IMG/VR virus record: IMGVR_UViG_3300022746_000007
Length of the DNA: 41,487 nt
Reading direction: 5' to 3' (one strand)
Source: a virus
The notes below the pieces were generated by a model that ran no database searches, was not told the origin of the DNA, and saw only the letters and a program-made list of their open reading frames with translations. Below, in pieces: positions 31,756 through 40,070 of this stretch (its first letter is position 1; each line of letters begins with the position of its first letter). The translations under genes were made by a program, and so were the position numbers.

Positions 31756-33208
31756 TTATCAGTTAGATGCCATTGAATCTTTAAGAGATGGCATCAGAAT
31801 GGGTATCAAGAATCAGGTTTTATCTGCTCCTACTGGGTCAGGTAAAACTGTTCTTGCTTCCCATTTAACTGATGAATCGTATAAAAAAGGAAAGAGCGTT
31901 CTCTTTGTCGTTGATAGAGTGAATCTTATCAATCAGACTAGCGAAACATTTGATAGGTATGGTATTCCTCATGGAGTGATTCAGGCTCAACATTGGAGAT
32001 ATAGACCTTGGGAAAAAGTGCAAGTTGCATCTGCTCAGACCTTGGCTAGAAGAAAATGGGAACTGCCAGATTTACTTATTGTTGATGAGTGCCATACTTT
32101 ATTGAAAGTTATCACTAATGCTATCGATAAGCGAGAAACTATAACTATAGGACTAAGTGCTACACCTTTTACCAAAGGATTAGGAAAACATTATGATGCT
32201 GTTAAATCGGTTACGACAACAAATAAACTCATATCAGAAGGGTTTTTATCCCCATTCGAAATTTATGCAGCATCCGAACCTAATATGGATGGTGCTAAAG
32301 TGGTCGCTGGGGAATGGACTGACAACGATGCTGCTGACCGTAGCATGGCTATTGTTGGCGATTGTGTTGTTGAGTATCTTAAGCATGGCAATAATAAGAA
32401 GTTTATTGCTTTCGGCTGCAATGTTCTTCATTGCGAAGCGTTAAAGGCTCAATTTGAATCGGCAGGTATTCCATGCGAGTTATACACATACAAGGATGGC
32501 AATGAAAAGAAAGACGATTTGGTTAAAGAATTTAAGAAGCCTGATTCTGCTATTCGTGGTCTTATTTCTGTGTCTGCTTTGGCAAAAGGTTTTGATGTTC
32601 CCGATGTTGGTGTAGTTATTATGGCTAGACCTTTGCGTTCAAGTCTTTCAGAACACCTACAAATTTTAGGAAGAGGATTGCGTATTGCCGATGGAAAAGA
32701 GAAATGTATTGTCCTAGACCACTCAGGAAACTGTGCAAGGTTCTGGGAAGATATGCAAGAGTTCCTTGAGCATGGAGTATTACATCTATGCGATGGAAAG
32801 CCAAAAGAAAAGCCAGAAAAGAAAGAGAAATCTGATGACAAGAAACCGAAAAAATGCCCTAGTTGCTTTCATTTGCATAGTCCTGCTTTGGTCTGTCCCA
32901 ATTGTGGCTTTATTTATAAAGTAAAGTCTGACATTACACATGAAGCAGGTGAATTACACAAGATAAATAGTTCTGTATCGCAGAACAATACTTTGTTTGA
33001 AGAGTTGGCTCATTATGCAAAAGTCAAACAAGGCAAGAATGATACAGATGCTCACAAATATGCTCAGGCTATGTATAAAAACATAACTGGCGTATGGTCT
33101 CCAAAAAGAATTACGGAGATTACTTTAGTACCACCAACGCAAGAAACATTAAATAAAATAAAACATCAAAACATACGATATGCCAAAGGCAGAAAGAAAT
33201 ACAAATGA
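31736..33208 (+). CDS. SF2 DEAD/DEAH-box helicase with a C-terminal zinc ribbon (490 aa)
   Basis: Motif I APTGSGKT, motif II VDECH, motif III SATP, and later CPSCFHLHSPALVCPNCG. Confidence 0.8.
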   Translation: MDINLRDYQLDAIESLRDGIRMGIKNQVLSAPTGSGKTVLASHLTDESYKKGKSVLFVVDRVNLINQTSETFDRYGIPHGVIQAQHWRYRPWEKVQVASAQTLARRKWELPDLLIVDECHTLLKVITNAIDKRETITIGLSATPFTKGLGKHYDAVKSVTTTNKLISEGFLSPFEIYAASEPNMDGAKVVAGEWTDNDAADRSMAIVGDCVVEYLKHGNNKKFIAFGCNVLHCEALKAQFESAGIPCELYTYKDGNEKKDDLVKEFKKPDSAIRGLISVSALAKGFDVPDVGVVIMARPLRSSLSEHLQILGRGLRIADGKEKCIVLDHSGNCARFWEDMQEFLEHGVLHLCDGKPKEKPEKKEKSDDKKPKKCPSCFHLHSPALVCPNCGFIYKVKSDITHEAGELHKINSSVSQNNTLFEELAHYAKVKQGKNDTDAHKYAQAMYKNITGVWSPKRITEITLVPPTQETLNKIKHQNIRYAKGRKKYK

Positions 33209-33396
33209 AATATAAATGTTGGTATCACATTGGAAGCCATGTTGCATGGTGCTTAATTGATAGTATTGCATGGGCTAAAGAAGGATTTTGGATTGATTAT
33301 CAAGGTAATTTTACAAATAGTTTATCTGCACATAGATGGATTCCACCAGCAGGTATTTTATTTGTAGAACATTTTGAAGAAGTGGAAAAACATTAA
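33205..33396 (+). CDS. Hypothetical protein (63 aa)
   Basis: ATGA overlap with the helicase gene. Confidence 0.45.
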   Translation: MKYKCWYHIGSHVAWCLIDSIAWAKEGFWIDYQGNFTNSLSAHRWIPPAGILFVEHFEEVEKH

Positions 33397-33653
33397 TGAA
33401 AGATAAACCAGCATTAGATTGGTATAGATTCTCATACCTTAATGGTTCTAGACGGACTGTTGATGCTATGACTAAACAATTAGAAGAAATCCAATCAGGA
33501 TTAAATCATCTTGGTATTGCTACATCCAAAGGTGATTTAGAAAAAGAGATGATGAAAGCTATTGCTGAGTTAGCAAAACTATCTGGAATCATCATGAAAA
33601 GGGTTCAATATGAAAGAGAGAAGGATATTACTCTATATCTGGAAGACCTGTAA
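33396..33653 (+). CDS. Hypothetical protein (85 aa)
   Basis: TAATG junction. Confidence 0.45.
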   Translation: MKDKPALDWYRFSYLNGSRRTVDAMTKQLEEIQSGLNHLGIATSKGDLEKEMMKAIAELAKLSGIIMKRVQYEREKDITLYLEDL

Positions 33654-33742
33654 TTTCACATTATGATAAATATGAAAATAGTTCTTTCAATGATGAATAA
33701 ATAGGTTTACAGTTCACTTGTCTTAACCAAAAAGGAAATTAA

Positions 33743-34339
33743 ATGAAACAAGTATGTGCAGCATTTGTCAAAGCTCAAAAGGAGTTTGCTCCTGCTTTGA
33801 AGTCATCAACTAACCCTCATTACAAGTCTAAGTATGCAGCTTTAGATGCTTGTATTGAAGCTGTGATTGATGCTCTTAATAACAATGGAATTGCATTAGT
33901 TCAGCGATGCAGAGATGTACCTACGGGTATTACCGTAGATACATTGTTTATACATGAATCAGGTGAAATCATGGAAGCTGGCTGTCTTCATGTGCCAGCA
34001 GCTAAACAAGACCCTCAAGGATATGGTTCAGCTTTAACATACGCTCGTAGGTACTGTCTGATGGCTGCCTGTGGTATCGCTCCTGAGGATGATGATGGTA
34101 ATGCTGCATCTGTAAAAACTAAACCAATAGCTAAAAAAGAAGAGCCAAAGCCTGATATTGAGATTCCTGAAGGCATGACCATTCTAGAATTTGCTACTCA
34201 GATGTTCCCATTATGTGCAACATTGGATGAGTTGAAACAAATGTTCAAACAGCTTTACAGACAGTCTAGTAACAATACAGAAGCACAAGCAACAATTAAA
34301 ACTTTATATGACACAAGAAAGGCAGAGTTAGGAGAATGA
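33743..34339 (+). CDS. erf: ERF-family single-strand annealing protein
   Basis: YKSKYAALDACIEAV...IHESGE...DPQGYGSALTYARRYCLMAACGIAPEDDDGN fits the ERF pattern. Confidence 0.65.
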   Translation: MKQVCAAFVKAQKEFAPALKSSTNPHYKSKYAALDACIEAVIDALNNNGIALVQRCRDVPTGITVDTLFIHESGEIMEAGCLHVPAAKQDPQGYGSALTYARRYCLMAACGIAPEDDDGNAASVKTKPIAKKEEPKPDIEIPEGMTILEFATQMFPLCATLDELKQMFKQLYRQSSNNTEAQATIKTLYDTRKAELGE

Positions 34340-34581
34340 AAGCATTTCCACAAATAGACACAATATGGAAAGATTCGAATAGTGATTCTTACCAAGTATC
34401 AACAAAAGATGGCATGGATTTAAGAGATTATTTCGCTGCTAAAGCTATGCAAGGTATGACCACTTGGGATTTAAAAACCATGCACAAATTAGCTAATGAT
34501 TTTGGAGAAGAACCTTTAGATTATTTAGCTAACAATGCTTATGCTATAGCAGATGCAATGATGGAAGCGAGGAAAAAATGA
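34336..34581 (+). CDS. Hypothetical conserved phage protein (81 aa)
   Basis: The MDLRDYFAAKAMQGM...AYAIADAMMEARKK pattern is common in phages; function unknown. Confidence 0.5.
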   Translation: MKAFPQIDTIWKDSNSDSYQVSTKDGMDLRDYFAAKAMQGMTTWDLKTMHKLANDFGEEPLDYLANNAYAIADAMMEARKK

Positions 34582-35294
34582 AACTTGTATTAGATTTGGA
34601 GACTATTCCATCTCAACGATTAGATGTATTACAAAGAATACACGCTGATGCTGAGAAAGAAACTAAACAAATTAAAGCTCCATCAAACTATAAAGATGAA
34701 GCAAAAATTGTTGAATATATTACACAAAAATCAAATGAAATCCTTGATGGTGTTGATGACACATGGCGTAAGACTTCATTTGATGGTGGATATGGTCATA
34801 TTTGCGTAATTGGATTTATGATTCAAGGCAGCAATCCTATTGCTTTATACAAAGAAGGTGATGACCATGTTGCTAATGAAATCGGCATTATCAAATCTTT
34901 CTATGAAATCTTACAGGATGCTTACATTCCAAATGAAGGTCTAGTTAAGTTAATTGGTCACAATCTAGTGAACTTTGACTTGCGATTCCTATATCAACGC
35001 TCTATCGTATTAGGTATCAAACCACCATCATTTATCACATTTGATGCTAAACCTTGGTCTGAGAATGTATTTGACACAATGATTAAATGGGCTGGTGTAG
35101 GTAATCGTGTCTCACTAAACAAATTAGCTGACATTCTTGGCGTTGGTCAAAAAGGTATTGAAGGTGAAGAGTTTGATGGCTCAATGGTTTGGGATGCTGT
35201 CAAGAATGGTGAGATTGCCAAGGTAGCTGAATACTGCAAGCAAGATGTTCGTTTAACTGCTGACATTTATAATCGATTAAATTTCAATGGATAA
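34578..35294 (+). CDS. 3-prime to 5-prime exonuclease, RNase H-like fold (PolB-exonuclease-related)
   Basis: LDLETIP (ExoI-like), GHNLVNFDLRFL (ExoII-like), YCKQDVRLT (ExoIII-like). Confidence 0.55.
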   Translation: MKLVLDLETIPSQRLDVLQRIHADAEKETKQIKAPSNYKDEAKIVEYITQKSNEILDGVDDTWRKTSFDGGYGHICVIGFMIQGSNPIALYKEGDDHVANEIGIIKSFYEILQDAYIPNEGLVKLIGHNLVNFDLRFLYQRSIVLGIKPPSFITFDAKPWSENVFDTMIKWAGVGNRVSLNKLADILGVGQKGIEGEEFDGSMVWDAVKNGEIAKVAEYCKQDVRLTADIYNRLNFNG

Positions 35295-35664
35295 ACAAGT
35301 ATTCTTCTTGGCTCATGATGTGGCTAGAGCTAATGCTATTGAAGCAATTAGACAAGCTCCAATTGGATATGCAGTCACGATACAACCAAAAACACGCTCT
35401 ATTGAGCAGAATTCAAGGTTCTGGGCTATTTTGACTGATATATCTAACCAGATGGTATGGCATGGTAAGAAATTAGCTCCTGAAGACTGGAAACACATCT
35501 TTACAGCTACTTTAAGAAAGCAGATTGCTGTACCAAATCTTGAGCATAATGGATTTGTAGTATTAGGTAGTTCAAGTAGTAAGTTAAATGTAAGGGAAAT
35601 GGCAGAGTTGCAGGAATTGATGACTGCCTTTGCTGTTGAAAATAATATTAAATTAAGAGGATAA
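35287..35664 (+). CDS. ninB: NinB/Orf-family recombination mediator
   Basis: TIQPKTRSIEQNSRFWAILTDISNQMVWHGKKLAPEDWKHIF matches the NinB pattern. Confidence 0.6.
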   Translation: MDKQVFFLAHDVARANAIEAIRQAPIGYAVTIQPKTRSIEQNSRFWAILTDISNQMVWHGKKLAPEDWKHIFTATLRKQIAVPNLEHNGFVVLGSSSSKLNVREMAELQELMTAFAVENNIKLRG

Positions 35665-35665
35665 A

Positions 35666-35827
35666 GTGGATTATTCAGAACATTTATTAGAGTGCCAAAG
35701 ATTAGTTAAAGACATTCATAATGCAACGCTAAAAAAGAACTATGTATTAGCAGCTAAATTGTCTGATGACTTGGCTTATGTGGCTCATTATGGATTAAAC
35801 AAGACTTTATTGGAGATGAAAAAATGA
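35666..35827 (+). CDS. Hypothetical protein (53 aa, GTG start)
   Basis: Below the cutoff; AGAGGA RBS 5 nt upstream of the GTG; ATGA overlap with the next gene. Confidence 0.4.
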   Translation: MDYSEHLLECQRLVKDIHNATLKKNYVLAAKLSDDLAYVAHYGLNKTLLEMKK

Positions 35828-36117
35828 TTGATAGATTTTTAATGTCATTAGCAGAAGAGGATGCTCAATTAGAAGAGCAATTCAATGATAGAGTATGTGA
35901 ATTACTCAATAACGAATGGAATCCAGACAGTTTTGATAATGTAATGGATGCTATTCATGATGATTGTTTATATCCAATTCGTGAAAAATTGGAATATGCC
36001 ATTCTCCATAATGACTTTACGGAATATGGAAGACTTATCTTTAAACAAGTAGAAGAATGGTGCATTGGTAAAGCAGAAGACCAAGCGAATGAAGAATTTG
36101 CAAGAGGGTTAAATTGA
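35824..36117 (+). CDS. Hypothetical acidic protein (97 aa)
   Basis: ORF in the operon. Confidence 0.5.
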   Translation: MIDRFLMSLAEEDAQLEEQFNDRVCELLNNEWNPDSFDNVMDAIHDDCLYPIREKLEYAILHNDFTEYGRLIFKQVEEWCIGKAEDQANEEFARGLN

Positions 36118-36479
36118 TTAAATATCCACCACAAAGAAGCATCGAAAAGTTGATGCGACTTGACAAAATAGTTAAATATGGGAAAAGACATTCTTTTACT
36201 ATACAAGATGTATGTGAAGTGCTTAATGTTGCTAAAAATACTGCTGAACATTACATCAAAGTATTAAGAAAAGAAAATCAAATATATATTCATAAGTACA
36301 AAAGAACTGGCGGTTCAATGACCAATATATATAAAACTGGTGATAAACCAGACGCTATTAAGCCAAGTCCTATGACTAGATATGAATATGATAGAAGATA
36401 TAAAAATAAACTTACTCATGCAAGGTCTAGAGTTAAAGTAACAATACAAAGGGATATAGCAGCAGCATGGATAAATTAA
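36114..36479 (+). CDS. Winged-helix DNA-binding protein candidate (121 aa, TTG start)
   Basis: FTIQDVCEVLNVAKNTAEHYIKVLRKENQIY is HTH-like; AGAGGG RBS before the TTG. Confidence 0.4.
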   Translation: MIKYPPQRSIEKLMRLDKIVKYGKRHSFTIQDVCEVLNVAKNTAEHYIKVLRKENQIYIHKYKRTGGSMTNIYKTGDKPDAIKPSPMTRYEYDRRYKNKLTHARSRVKVTIQRDIAAAWIN

Positions 36480-36670
36480 AATTAATGGGATGTGCCACAA
36501 TGCAGACAATCACCAAATATATATTAGTTGCAGGAATATTCTTCTTGTTAGGTGGCTTCTATAGAGAAGCTGTGGTTAAAAAATACATTACAGACGATTG
36601 CCGAGTAATCAAAGCTACACGATTCGGTGAGGTTTTTATTAAATGCGACACTATTCAACGATATGACTAA
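36467..36670 (+). CDS. Small membrane-anchored protein (67 aa)
   Basis: Hydrophobic ILVAGIFFLLGGF segment. Confidence 0.4.
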   Translation: MDKLKLMGCATMQTITKYILVAGIFFLLGGFYREAVVKKYITDDCRVIKATRFGEVFIKCDTIQRYD

Positions 36671-36941
36671 ATTACTAGAACATCACCATTTCAGAATTCA
36701 GAATACTCTTTCTTGGAGAGCAGAATACATATTGGCTCATATTGCAGTACATGAAGGCTGCAAAATGGGATTCCTAAGAGACTTCTGTATTAGATACCAT
36801 TCTGTACCTAAAATTGTACATAAACTTGTACAAGATGGATTTGTAGAGATTAAGCAGACTGATAAATTAAGGAAGTTTCTATACCTTACAGACAAGGGAA
36901 AGAACTACATTAATTCTATTGAAGCTTTCTATCAAGCGTAA
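36663..36941 (+). CDS. MarR-like winged-helix regulator candidate (92 aa from the coupled ATG)
   Basis: ILAHIAVHEGCKMGFLRDFCIRYHSVPKIVHKLVQDGFVEIK...YLTDKGKNY; the ATG overlaps the upstream stop (ATGACTAA). Confidence 0.45.
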   Translation: MTKLLEHHHFRIQNTLSWRAEYILAHIAVHEGCKMGFLRDFCIRYHSVPKIVHKLVQDGFVEIKQTDKLRKFLYLTDKGKNYINSIEAFYQA

Positions 36942-37363
36942 GGTCTAGTACCTTTTTCATCGATAATCAACATCTGACCTCTAGGGGTCTCATTTGGATG
37001 GTTCGGGATGCTAACATGAACCCATGTTAGCTCCTGAATTAACTGGTCAAATTGGATGTCAGAAGCTTTAATTACTTCACATATCTCTCTAGGTGTCATT
37101 CCACCAACACGGAAGTCACACGCTGCTCCTACACGGTGCTGTGATGATTCTTTGCTGCCTAGCATTGTATTTAATACAGAACTTCTATAGCCTGAATCTA
37201 CAACCATAGGCTTGCCAATTACTTTACGAACTTCCTCTAGGAAAGCAGCTAATCTAAATAGATTAGCAGAAGCAATCATATTAGGAGTGTTATCAATGCC
37301 TTTTCTAGCACCAGTAGCGGAAAATGTTAGCTCTTCAAGAGTAAAGTGTTCTGATAAATTCAT
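36932..37363 (-). CDS. Endolysin, zinc peptidase M15 family (D-Ala-D-Ala carboxypeptidase fold)
   Basis: DSGYRSSVLNTMLGSKESSQHRVGAACDF carries the SGYR...N...S.H..G.A.D signature; adjacent to the holin. Confidence 0.75.
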   Translation of the reverse strand: MNLSEHFTLEELTFSATGARKGIDNTPNMIASANLFRLAAFLEEVRKVIGKPMVVDSGYRSSVLNTMLGSKESSQHRVGAACDFRVGGMTPREICEVIKASDIQFDQLIQELTWVHVSIPNHPNETPRGQMLIIDEKGTRPYA

Positions 37364-37761
37364 GCTACGCCTTTAAGCTTCTCATAGGTTCTTAACCCAC
37401 CAAGACCTAATAAACCACCCAAAACAGTCATTAAAGTAGTCATATCAAATGAAATAACGATTTCTTGATACTTTAAACCCACTAGAATAAAGTTAATTAT
37501 TGGGAATAATACAAAATGTAATGCAAATGAAATTGAGCAAGTCCAACCTACTGATGGTCTCCACCCTGATTTAAACAAAGAATCTGACTTTGCTTCTTCT
37601 AAATTGACCTGAATTTGTGCTAAATCACGCTGAAAATCTTGGTCATTGATTGCTTTATTTAATTCAGATTTAGCTAATTCTCTAGCATTTGTGTCTGGAA
37701 TTACCCTGTCTAGAATCTTTCCACCAATATCGATTATTGCTGTAACAGGGTCAAATGCCAT
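37360..37761 (-). CDS. Holin, three-TM GTA-holin-like family
   Basis: IIDIGGKILDRVIPDTNAR...SLFKSGWRPSVGWTCSISFALHFVLFPIINF fits the family I recall as GTA_holin_3TM; ATGA overlap with the endolysin gene. Confidence 0.6.
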   Translation of the reverse strand: MAFDPVTAIIDIGGKILDRVIPDTNARELAKSELNKAINDQDFQRDLAQIQVNLEEAKSDSLFKSGWRPSVGWTCSISFALHFVLFPIINFILVGLKYQEIVISFDMTTLMTVLGGLLGLGGLRTYEKLKGVA

Positions 37762-38013
37762 TTAGAACCTCAATCCATGAGTTTTAAGGAAATCTACGAA
37801 TACATAACCTACACCGCAAATACAGAACCAAACAAATCCAGCTAAACTCTTTTCAATAATTGCCTGTCTTAACGCTTTACGCTCTGCTTGTGCTTCAATT
37901 GCCAGCCTAACCCATTGTGCTTCTTCTGGTGTCAAATGGTGGCTGGTAATAGGAACTTCTTTTAATACCGTCATCAACTCTTCTATTAGCTCTTTGCGTT
38001 CTTGCGGTGACAT
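37762..38013 (-). CDS. Membrane-anchored lysis-cassette protein (83 aa)
   Basis: C-terminal TM LAGFVWFCICGVGYVFVDFL; directly upstream of the holin. Confidence 0.4.
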   Translation of the reverse strand: MSPQERKELIEELMTVLKEVPITSHHLTPEEAQWVRLAIEAQAERKALRQAIIEKSLAGFVWFCICGVGYVFVDFLKTHGLRF

Positions 38014-38051
38014 ACATACTCCAAAAGTTAAGTTGATGATATATGGGTATT

Positions 38052-38492
38052 TTATTTGAAGTTTTTAATATTATAAATAACTTCTTCAGGAGAGACAAAC
38101 TTCTCTGGGTCAAATGGAGTATCTTCCCACCAGAGGAATTGATTTGGAGCTAAACAATCCTTAGATTTCAATAGATTAATGTTGATATCATGTCCAAAGA
38201 TGGCTGGATTAGATACTGACCATAGGACAATGCCTTTCTTTTCTTGCTGCCAAGCTAAATGTTGGAAGAAACTATCGCAAGATACCCATGTACGACATTT
38301 ATGAAGTAATAAACATAGCTCACTTAAAGATAAGTTTTTCCTGAAATCATCAACAAGTTGTTCCTCACCCTCTACTCCAACCTGTATAATTTCCTCATCA
38401 ATACTCTGGATAACTTGCTTCCAGAAGGGATAGTTTTTTGGATTTGGTTTACCATTGCGTAGTTTTTGAGCGTATGGTGAAATAATAATCAT
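38052..38492 (-). CDS. Glycosyltransferase family 9-like C-terminal domain protein (146 aa)
   Basis: NPKNYPFWKQVI..IIQVGVEGEE...LSLSELCLLLHKCRTWVSCDSFFQHLAW...GIVLWSVSNPAIFGH follows the heptosyltransferase C-domain pattern (K.WP, G..E, sL.EL, DSG..HLA, FG). Confidence 0.5.
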   Translation of the reverse strand: MIIISPYAQKLRNGKPNPKNYPFWKQVIQSIDEEIIQVGVEGEEQLVDDFRKNLSLSELCLLLHKCRTWVSCDSFFQHLAWQQEKKGIVLWSVSNPAIFGHDININLLKSKDCLAPNQFLWWEDTPFDPEKFVSPEEVIYNIKNFK

Positions 38493-40051
38493 TTGTATAA
38501 CTTTCTAAAAGCATCCTGTAAAGATTCTGTCCATTCCCATTGAGCCATTTTCTGATAAATATTCCATCTATCAATATTGCCAAATAATTCAATAGCTTTA
38601 GAAATAGGTTCACCATCAACAATTTCTGGGTAACAAGTAAATATCAATGGGTTTTTTAATTCATTAATAATAGATTTGAATACAACATGGTCTCCCATGC
38701 CACAATTCAATACCACAATAGTGCGGTCTTTATATTTAAGGAAGTTCTGGAAAATTTGTTCATCTTTATCATATAAAGCAGCATTAGTTTCGCTTCTAAT
38801 ACCACCAGTAGGATTCTTTAAATGCCATGTAATTGCATCAGGGATTACCAACAATCTATATCCTTTGAGATGCAATCCATAAGAGAATAAAGTCTCTTCC
38901 CTATGAGCAACTCTAGACAATCCTAAATGATAATCATTAATTCCAGCACGATATAAGAATGAGCAATATAAATGTTCTACTTGCTTAACCCAATTAAGCA
39001 TACCCCATTGGACATTAGGTTCTTTTTCTATATTTTCAATTAAACCAGTAGAGTTCAATGTTTGTAATGGGACTGGTGGAGTGATTACTGAGCCACCAAC
39101 AGCACCAATGCTTTCACTCTTATATGCAGTAGTAGCATAAGTGTATAGTTCTTCTAATACATTAGGTTCTGGAATAGCATCATCATCGACACGCCATACC
39201 CAATCATATCCTGCTGTATTAGCTGCCTGATGAATATGATGCTGACCTTTTTTGCCTGCAAATTTCCACTCCCAAGGAACTCCTTTAACATCTAGCATAT
39301 AAAATAGATGTGCGTATAGAAAGTCTTGCCTTAAATCTTTAGGCTCATCATTATCATCAAATATAACTAATTTATCTGGAAGTTTAGTCTGATTCAATAT
39401 AGCTTGAATAACCATAGGAAGAGTAGAATGGTATCTTCCTCTCGTAGCAATAGAACATAAAACAGTTTCTTTTTTATCCCATGAGCCAATCAATAGATTA
39501 CAATGATTTTCATTAGATAAGGCTTCCAGATACTTACTAATTCTGCCTTCTTCATTAATATAATTAAATTTAAAATTAGGGAAGTTGTATTCTGTTAAAC
39601 CATGTAGCTTATGATGCTCACCCCAAAATCCTTTAGGTTCTTTATGCGGAACTGTTATCAATAAACGCTTGCAATGTTTCTTGAGCTTTTCAATAATCTC
39701 TAAGCCATTATCAAGATGCTCAATCACTTCAAATGCAATGATTGTGTCATATTGCTCTAATTCAAATGTATTGATGTCTGCATGAAAGAATTTAGCATTT
39801 GGATGCCAATCTTGTTGATTAGCTACATCAATAATACGCTTATCATAATCTATACCTGTGTAATCAACAACTCCAAGGAATTGAAATCCATAACCAGATG
39901 AACAGCCAATTTCTAATACTTTTTTACCAAGTATATTCTTAGCAGCCCATGAGTAACGAGCAGTTTCTCGGGCTTCTATTTCATCGCCCTTTAAGAATAC
40001 TGCTCGTTCATAATTGTTTTTTAATTCGTGTTTATATTGTTCTATATCCAT
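38489..40051 (-). CDS. Multidomain SAM methyltransferase - GT2 glycosyltransferase fusion with a GT9-N-like tail (520 aa)
   Basis: VLEIGCSSGYGF (motif I) and IIAFEVIEHL. Then LCSIATRGR...LNQTKLPDKLVIFDDNDEP and WRVDDD (GT-A DxD). The C-terminal TIVVLNCGMGDHVVFKSII resembles the start of a GT9 N-domain. Confidence 0.65.
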   Translation of the reverse strand: MDIEQYKHELKNNYERAVFLKGDEIEARETARYSWAAKNILGKKVLEIGCSSGYGFQFLGVVDYTGIDYDKRIIDVANQQDWHPNAKFFHADINTFELEQYDTIIAFEVIEHLDNGLEIIEKLKKHCKRLLITVPHKEPKGFWGEHHKLHGLTEYNFPNFKFNYINEEGRISKYLEALSNENHCNLLIGSWDKKETVLCSIATRGRYHSTLPMVIQAILNQTKLPDKLVIFDDNDEPKDLRQDFLYAHLFYMLDVKGVPWEWKFAGKKGQHHIHQAANTAGYDWVWRVDDDAIPEPNVLEELYTYATTAYKSESIGAVGGSVITPPVPLQTLNSTGLIENIEKEPNVQWGMLNWVKQVEHLYCSFLYRAGINDYHLGLSRVAHREETLFSYGLHLKGYRLLVIPDAITWHLKNPTGGIRSETNAALYDKDEQIFQNFLKYKDRTIVVLNCGMGDHVVFKSIINELKNPLIFTCYPEIVDGEPISKAIELFGNIDRWNIYQKMAQWEWTESLQDAFRKLYK

Positions 40052-40070
40052 ATTGTATTGTGTTGTGTTA

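Noticed and set aside
32193-32924. ORFs 32193..32444 (+), 32246..32431 (-), 32449..32841 (-) and 32733..32924 (+)
   Set aside because: All lie inside the SF2 helicase gene, whose motifs define the true frame.
36467-36500. LMGC near the N-terminus of 36467..36670 as a lipobox (o-spanin candidate)
   Set aside because: Only five residues precede the Cys, so there is no signal peptide. The gene is on the opposite strand from the lysis cassette.
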